64,000 bases of DNA, taken from contig JAAVDF010000016.1 of the NCBI GenBank assembly GCA_014801945.1, forward strand, positions 5,857 through 69,856. Direction: 5' to 3'. The position numbers were made by a program, and so were the translations under genes. The stretch's first letter is position 1; each line of letters opens with the position of its first letter. Source of the DNA: Bacteroides sp. Its GTDB lineage: Bacteria; Bacteroidota; Bacteroidia; Bacteroidales; Muribaculaceae. Shown one piece after another: positions 57,870 to 64,000 of the stretch. Below the pieces are notes generated by a model that did no database searches, was not told where the DNA came from, and was given only the letters and a program-made list of their open reading frames with translations.

Positions 57870-59546
57870 ATGATGGCGATGGATGGATTTCGTATTCAAG
57901 AGTTTTATAAGAGATTTCCAATCCTCTTGTGGCTTATCCTGCTGTTTGCAGCCCTTGGATCTGTCGCGGACATAATTGAGTATTATTCCAATCTCCCGTC
58001 ACGGGTATTTAATATCTTATGTATTGTGGCCGTAGCTGTGTCTAAGGCTACGGTACTGACAGGTCTATATGTTTTTTCAAAACGGTTTAATTGGCTGTAT
58101 TATTTGACTATAGCTGTCATTATCGTATTCATACTGCTGTCACTTGTCAACGGACTTTCCACTCTTCTATACGGATTTGGAATATCGCGGAAAATGTTGA
58201 CTATTCTTGCCGAGACGAATGCTGGTGAAGTGCATGAATTTCTTCCCGGACTTGCTGTCAGATTTAGGGAAATGCTGTTTTCATGGAAAACTTTCTGTGT
58301 CCTTTTGGGCGGGGTTATTTTCGTGTGTGCCGTTATAGCTGTTCCGAAGCGGTTATTTTGTATGCTTGTGGTCGGTATCTCATTTATAGGGATCGGATAT
58401 TTTGGATATGTCAGCCTGACATCTTCATGGGGGAGGGCTAATTACATAGTCTGTATGAGGACTTATAGATCGGTATCTGGAGTATTGAGAAACATGACTA
58501 AGGTCCGGGAACTTAAAGCTGTTCCACGCGTGTTTCCGGATGCTGAGAGCCTGAGCTCCGCCCATCTGATAGATAAACTTGTGGTTGTCATAGGGGAGTC
58601 AGCCTCTCGCGATCATCTCGCTGTTTATGGCTATCCATTGCCTACCACTCCGGAACTGGAAGCCAGATCTTCTGACCTGATACTGTTTAATAATGCTGTG
58701 GCATCTTCCACTTCAACTGCCGAGAATATGCCCCGTCTTCTTTCATTCATGACAGATGAACCGACTGAAAAAGAGTGGTATGATTATCCGACTGTCATAC
58801 AGGTAGCCCGGTTGTCCGGTTATCGTACATACTGGTTGTCCAATCAGGAGCGTACTGGCGAATGGTCTAATCTTTCAGGGATTCTTTCCATGGATGCTGA
58901 TGTGGTTAAATATGTTGGAGCTGAGGATTCTGAAGATCATCTGCTTTCCAAGTATGACGAAGTTCTGTTGCCACTTTTATCAGACGCGATTGTTGCGGAC
59001 GATTCATTGCAGGTGATATTTCTGCATCTGATGGGTTCGCATATACAGTATGAAAATCGCGTTCCCCCCTCAATGTACAAATTTAAGTATGATGACATTC
59101 TGAAAACCACCCCGCGTGAGTGGTTGGATAAGCGTAGTGCCGGTGTGGTTGCGGCCTACGATAATTCGATCCTCTATACTGACAGTATTTTAGGTGTGGT
59201 GATGGATATGGTTGATTCTGTCGGAAAACCTGCGGTAATGGTCTATTTGTCTGATCACGGCGAGAATGTCTATGATGACCGTAAGTATAATGGGCGTGAT
59301 CCAAAATTCACGGAAGTCCCTTTCATCATATATATGAATGCCATTTGCCGAAATGCTAATCCAATTTTGGCCGAGGAAATGAGAGATGCCCGTTCACGAA
59401 AATTCTCGACTTCAGAGTTGCCGCAGATGATAATGCACCTTACGGGTACGCGCCACGCACTTTATGATTCTGTAAGAGATCCTCTTTCATCATTTTTCAG
59501 AGAGAGACCGCGTTATGTAGATGGGAAGCCATTCGGATCGGAATGA
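57870..59546 (+). CDS. Phosphoethanolamine transferase (EptA/CptA family)
   Basis: Five N-terminal TMs; VVVIGESASR, catalytic Thr in SSTSTA, WLSNQ, HLMGSH, YDNSILYTD and SDHGE motifs. Confidence 0.9.
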   Translation: MMAMDGFRIQEFYKRFPILLWLILLFAALGSVADIIEYYSNLPSRVFNILCIVAVAVSKATVLTGLYVFSKRFNWLYYLTIAVIIVFILLSLVNGLSTLLYGFGISRKMLTILAETNAGEVHEFLPGLAVRFREMLFSWKTFCVLLGGVIFVCAVIAVPKRLFCMLVVGISFIGIGYFGYVSLTSSWGRANYIVCMRTYRSVSGVLRNMTKVRELKAVPRVFPDAESLSSAHLIDKLVVVIGESASRDHLAVYGYPLPTTPELEARSSDLILFNNAVASSTSTAENMPRLLSFMTDEPTEKEWYDYPTVIQVARLSGYRTYWLSNQERTGEWSNLSGILSMDADVVKYVGAEDSEDHLLSKYDEVLLPLLSDAIVADDSLQVIFLHLMGSHIQYENRVPPSMYKFKYDDILKTTPREWLDKRSAGVVAAYDNSILYTDSILGVVMDMVDSVGKPAVMVYLSDHGENVYDDRKYNGRDPKFTEVPFIIYMNAICRNANPILAEEMRDARSRKFSTSELPQMIMHLTGTRHALYDSVRDPLSSFFRERPRYVDGKPFGSE

Positions 59547-59665
59547 TAGTTTCTGGAATGGACATTGGGATTTTTTACAGTTGAAGCCACGTTATCTGCT
59601 AAAAATGTCGTAACTTTGCGGCCGGGAAATAGTGCGTCCCATAAACTTCATAATCCATCAACCGC

Positions 59666-60736
59666 ATGCGACAGTCTAAGCGCGCCGTTCTCATTCTTGA
59701 AGACGGCACAACGTTTGAAGGGAAATCCTTTGGCTATGAAGCCTCTACTGCCGGTGAAGTGGTGTTCAACACTGCTATGATCGGCTATCCCGAAAGTTTG
59801 ACCGACCCGTCATACGAAGGTCAGATACTGGTAACTACCTATCCGATTCTCGGAAATTACGGCGTCCCGCCACGCCGCGAGAAAGACGACGTCAGTGAGT
59901 ATTACGAAAGCGACAACATCCATTGCAAGGCCATCGTGGCTCAGGATTATTCCTTCGATCACTCCCACTGGCAGGCAGACCGCTCCCTTGCCCAATGGCT
60001 CAAGGAAGAAAAAATACCCGGAATTTACGGCATCGACACACGTCAGCTGACCAAGCATCTCCGCGAACACGGTTCAATGCTCGGAAAGATTATAATTGAC
60101 GGCTGTGACGATGTCGATTTTTATGATCCCAATCTTGAAAATCTTGTCGGGAAAGTTAGCTGCAAGGAAGTGGAGACCCACGGAAGCGGTGACAAGACTG
60201 TGGTGCTCGTGGATTGCGGTGTCAAGCACAACATTATACGTTGTCTGACGCGCCGAGGCGTCAAGGTGATCCGTGTGCCTTGGAACTATGATTTCAACAC
60301 CATCCCTTACGACGGTCTTTTCATCTCCAACGGTCCGGGCAACCCCGATATGGCCGAAGAGACCGTGGTCAATATCCGCAAGGCAATGGAAAACGGCAAA
60401 CCCATCTGCGGTATCTGCATGGGCAATCAGCTTCTCGCCAAAGCGGCCGGTGCAAAGACCTATAAACTGAAATACGGTCACCGAAGCCACAACCAGCCCG
60501 TGCGTCTTGCCGGAACTGAGAAATGTTTCATCACATCCCAGAACCACGGTTTCGCCGTCGATAGCGAGACTCTGCCCGCTGACTGGGAACCCCTCTTTAT
60601 AAATATGAACGACGGTACTAACGAAGGTATCCGCCACAAGTCGAAACCGTATTTTTCCGCACAGTTCCATCCGGAGGCAAGTTCCGGACCGAAGGACACG
60701 GAATTTCTTTTCGACGAGTTTATCAAAATGCTTTAA
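59666..60736 (+). CDS. carA: Carbamoyl-phosphate synthase small subunit
   Basis: GEVVFNT, TDPSY, SNGPG, GICMG and QFHPE motifs; promoter TAACTTTG at 59611-59618. Confidence 0.97.
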   Translation: MRQSKRAVLILEDGTTFEGKSFGYEASTAGEVVFNTAMIGYPESLTDPSYEGQILVTTYPILGNYGVPPRREKDDVSEYYESDNIHCKAIVAQDYSFDHSHWQADRSLAQWLKEEKIPGIYGIDTRQLTKHLREHGSMLGKIIIDGCDDVDFYDPNLENLVGKVSCKEVETHGSGDKTVVLVDCGVKHNIIRCLTRRGVKVIRVPWNYDFNTIPYDGLFISNGPGNPDMAEETVVNIRKAMENGKPICGICMGNQLLAKAAGAKTYKLKYGHRSHNQPVRLAGTEKCFITSQNHGFAVDSETLPADWEPLFINMNDGTNEGIRHKSKPYFSAQFHPEASSGPKDTEFLFDEFIKML

Positions 60737-60763
60737 CGTCATCCCTTCAGGTAATTATTCACC

Positions 60764-63700
60764 ATGCGTAACGAGAACATCAAGAAAGTATTGCTGCTTG
60801 GTAGCGGCGCGTTGAAAATCGGTGAGGCCGGTGAGTTCGACTACTCCGGTTCGCAGGCTCTCAAAGCCATGAAGGAGGAGGGGATCACGACCGTCCTCAT
60901 AAACCCCAATATCGCCACCGTCCAGACATCCGAAGGTTTTGCCGATAAGATCTACTTCCTGCCGGTGACACCTTATTTTGTTGAAAAGGTAATCCGTAAG
61001 GAGAAGCCTGACGGCATTCTGCTTGCATTCGGCGGTCAGACCGCGCTCAACTGCGGAGTGGAGCTTTATCGTTCCGGAGTGCTTGAAAAGTATGGGGTCG
61101 AGGTGCTGGGAACCCCCGTGCAGGCTATCATGGACACCGAGGACCGTGAGCTTTTCGTAAAGAAACTCGATGAGATCGACGTCAAGACCATCAAGAGTGA
61201 GGCTGTCAACTCTATTGAGGATGCCAAACACGCCGCCGCTACTCTCGGCTATCCCGTGATTGTCCGTGCGGCCTACGCGCTCGGCGGTCTCGGCAGCGGT
61301 TTCTGTGACAATGAGGAAGAGCTCGTATCCCTCGTGGAGAAAGCTCTTGCATTCTCTCCGCAGGTCCTTGTGGAGAAATCACTCAAAGGCTGGAAGGAGG
61401 TCGAGTATGAGGTTGTCCGTGACCGTTATGACAACTGTATCACCGTCTGCAATATGGAAAACTTCGACCCGCTGGGAATCCATACCGGTGAGTCCATAGT
61501 CGTAGCCCCCTCGCAGACCCTCTCAAACGAAGATTATCACATGTTGCGCAAACTTGCCATAAAGATCATACGCCACATCGGCATCGTCGGCGAATGTAAC
61601 GTGCAGTATGCTTTTGACCCGACTTCGATGGACTATCGCGTCATCGAGGTCAACGCCCGTCTCAGCCGTTCATCCGCACTCGCCTCGAAGGCTACCGGTT
61701 ATCCTTTGGCATTTGTCGCGGCTAAACTCGGTCTCGGCTACGGTCTCTTTGACCTCCGTAACTCAGTCACCAAGGAAACGTCGGCGTTCTTCGAACCCGC
61801 GCTTGACTATATCGTCTGCAAGATTCCCCGCTGGGATCTCGGTAAATTCCACGGTGTGCGCCGCGAGATCGGGTCATCCATGAAATCAGTCGGCGAGGTC
61901 ATGGCCATCGGACGTACTTTCGAGGAAGTGATTCAGAAAGGCCTGCGTATGATCGGTCAGGGTATGCACGGATTTGTGGGAAATAATCAGCGCGATCTTC
62001 CGGATCTGGAACATGCCCTCAAGGAACCCACCGACAAGCGTATCCTTGCCATTGCACAAGCTTTGTTCAAGGGCTACACGGTTGATCAGATCCATGATCT
62101 CACTAAGATCGACAAATGGTTTCTCTTCAAACTTCAGAATATTATCAACACCGCACGCGAGCTGCGTGACTATGATAAACTTGAGTCACTCCCCGAATCA
62201 CTGCTGCGTCAGGCGAAGGAACAGGGCTTCAGTGACTTCCAGATCGCCCGTGAGATCTATCAGGATCGCCTTATAGAGCCTGAAAAGGCACTCCTCGATG
62301 TCCGTGCCTTCCGTAAGAAGCTCGGCATCCTTCCGGTGGTCAAGCAGATCGACACTCTTGCAGCTGAATATCCTGCACAGACCAATTACCTCTATCTCAC
62401 CTACAACGGCCGTGAGAACGACGTGAAGTATCTCCACGACCACCGTTCGATCGTGGTTCTCGGTTCGGGAGCTTACCGCATCGGATCGTCCGTAGAGTTT
62501 GACTGGTGTTCGGTCAACGCACTCCTTACCGTCAAGAAAGAGGGCTGGCGTTCGGTGATGATCAACTATAATCCGGAGACTGTCTCCACTGACTATGATA
62601 TTTGTGACCGCCTCTATTTCGATGAGTTGACATTCGAACGCGTCATGGACATCCTTGACCTCGAACAGCCTCACGGCACAATTCTCTCGGTCGGCGGTCA
62701 GATCCCTAACAACCTTGCGACACGTCTTGACGCTCAACACATCAACATCCTCGGAACGACCGCGCAAAGCATCGACAATGCCGAGGATCGCAACAAGTTC
62801 TCGGCCATGCTCGACCGTCTCGGCATCGACCAGCCCCGCTGGCGTGAGCTTACGAGCCTCGAAGACATCAACGAGTTCATCGATGAGGTAGGCTTCCCCG
62901 TGCTTGTCCGTCCGAGCTACGTGCTTTCAGGTGCCGCAATGAATGTCTGTCACAATCAGGAGCAGCTGACACGCTTCCTCCAGCTTGCGGCCAACGTATC
63001 CAAGCAGCATCCGGTGGTGGTGTCACAGTTCATCTCCGGAGCAAAGGAAATCGAGATGGATGCCGTGGCGCAGGACGGCGAGATAGTCGCATACGCCATT
63101 TCCGAGCACATCGAATATGCCGGTGTCCACTCAGGCGACGCGACCATCCAGTTCCCCCCGCAGAAGCTCTATGTCGAGACCATGCGCCGCATCCGTAAGA
63201 TCTCGCGTCAGATTGCCAAGGCTCTCAATATCTCCGGTCCGTTCAATATCCAGTTCCTCGCCAAGAACAACGATATCAAGGTGATCGAGTGTAACCTGCG
63301 TGCATCCCGAAGCTTCCCCTTCGTGTCAAAGGTGCTCAAGATCAATTTCATCGATCTCGCTACCCGCGTCATGCTCGGTCTGCCGGTCGAGAAGCCTTCG
63401 AAGAGTGCCTTCGACCTCGATTATGTGGGCATAAAGGCATCGCAGTTCAGCTTCTCGCGTCTGCAGGGTGCTGACCCCGTCCTCGGTGTCGATATGGCTT
63501 CGACTGGTGAGGTGGGCTGCATCGGTGTCGATTCATCTGAAGCTCTCATCAAGGCCATGATCTCTGTCGGTAACCGCATTCCATCCAAGGCCGTGCTGAT
63601 GTCAACCGGTACTCCCAAGCAGAAAGCCGACCTCCTTGATGCCGCTCATGAACTTTCCAATCGCGGATATACCATCTACGCTACCGGTGGCACGCATACC

Positions 63701-63988
63701 TATCTCAATGACAACGGTATCCCGGCTATCCGCGTTTATTGGCCGTCGCAGCCCGACATGCAGCCGCAGGCCATCGAACTGCTCCATGACCACAAGGTGG
63801 ATATGGTGATCAATATTCCCAAGAACTTCTCGACTACCGAGCTTACCAACGGTTACAAGATACGCCGTGCGGCCATCGACCTCAACATCCCGCTGATGAC
63901 CAACGCCCGTCTGGCCTCGGCATATATCGATGCGTTCACAACCCATCCGCTCGATGATATCGAGATCAAGAGCTGGGACGAGTATTGA
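60764..63988 (+). CDS. carB: Carbamoyl-phosphate synthase large subunit
   Basis: GEAGEFDYSG, EVNARLSRSSALASKATGYP, second ATP-grasp and MGS domain. Confidence 0.97.
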   Translation: MRNENIKKVLLLGSGALKIGEAGEFDYSGSQALKAMKEEGITTVLINPNIATVQTSEGFADKIYFLPVTPYFVEKVIRKEKPDGILLAFGGQTALNCGVELYRSGVLEKYGVEVLGTPVQAIMDTEDRELFVKKLDEIDVKTIKSEAVNSIEDAKHAAATLGYPVIVRAAYALGGLGSGFCDNEEELVSLVEKALAFSPQVLVEKSLKGWKEVEYEVVRDRYDNCITVCNMENFDPLGIHTGESIVVAPSQTLSNEDYHMLRKLAIKIIRHIGIVGECNVQYAFDPTSMDYRVIEVNARLSRSSALASKATGYPLAFVAAKLGLGYGLFDLRNSVTKETSAFFEPALDYIVCKIPRWDLGKFHGVRREIGSSMKSVGEVMAIGRTFEEVIQKGLRMIGQGMHGFVGNNQRDLPDLEHALKEPTDKRILAIAQALFKGYTVDQIHDLTKIDKWFLFKLQNIINTARELRDYDKLESLPESLLRQAKEQGFSDFQIAREIYQDRLIEPEKALLDVRAFRKKLGILPVVKQIDTLAAEYPAQTNYLYLTYNGRENDVKYLHDHRSIVVLGSGAYRIGSSVEFDWCSVNALLTVKKEGWRSVMINYNPETVSTDYDICDRLYFDELTFERVMDILDLEQPHGTILSVGGQIPNNLATRLDAQHINILGTTAQSIDNAEDRNKFSAMLDRLGIDQPRWRELTSLEDINEFIDEVGFPVLVRPSYVLSGAAMNVCHNQEQLTRFLQLAANVSKQHPVVVSQFISGAKEIEMDAVAQDGEIVAYAISEHIEYAGVHSGDATIQFPPQKLYVETMRRIRKISRQIAKALNISGPFNIQFLAKNNDIKVIECNLRASRSFPFVSKVLKINFIDLATRVMLGLPVEKPSKSAFDLDYVGIKASQFSFSRLQGADPVLGVDMASTGEVGCIGVDSSEALIKAMISVGNRIPSKAVLMSTGTPKQKADLLDAAHELSNRGYTIYATGGTHTYLNDNGIPAIRVYWPSQPDMQPQAIELLHDHKVDMVINIPKNFSTTELTNGYKIRRAAIDLNIPLMTNARLASAYIDAFTTHPLDDIEIKSWDEY

Positions 63989-64000
63989 GGCGGGACTCTG

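Overview
A 64-kb chromosomal segment from a Bacteroidales bacterium. The TAnnTTTG -7 promoters, SusC/D genes, fused SecDF and gene content suggest Muribaculaceae, which is an inference. Most of it is housekeeping: proCBA, secDF, a purF-like gene, yceD-rpmF-fabH-era, glycogen synthase and phosphorylase, nadK, pdxJ-exbB-exbD-tonB, rsmD, yggS, obgE, serS, rbfA, manC, rel and carAB. Accessory content comprises a SusC/D/E/F-like alpha-glucan capture cluster with no amylase, orphan GH28 and GH51 genes, an acid phosphatase plus phosphate-porin pair, PagL-like and EptA-like envelope-modifying genes, and a three-gene nonulosonic-acid module lacking its synthase. I saw no rRNA, tRNA, CRISPR array, transposase, integrase or phage gene. 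The least explained signals are non-coding: (i) a dispersed family of hairpin elements with 7-8-nt tandem-repeat arms and a shared AGATAATAC junction, (ii) GTAG-type REP doublets, (iii) two candidate sRNAs, one divergent from an Lrp gene and one behind an ECF-type promoter, and (iv) Cur/BT4338-like boxes before the Sus cluster (which has a ~460-nt leader) and before the phosphatase-porin operon. The PurF homolog lacks its catalytic N-terminal Cys. No database searches were run; family calls rest on recognised motifs.
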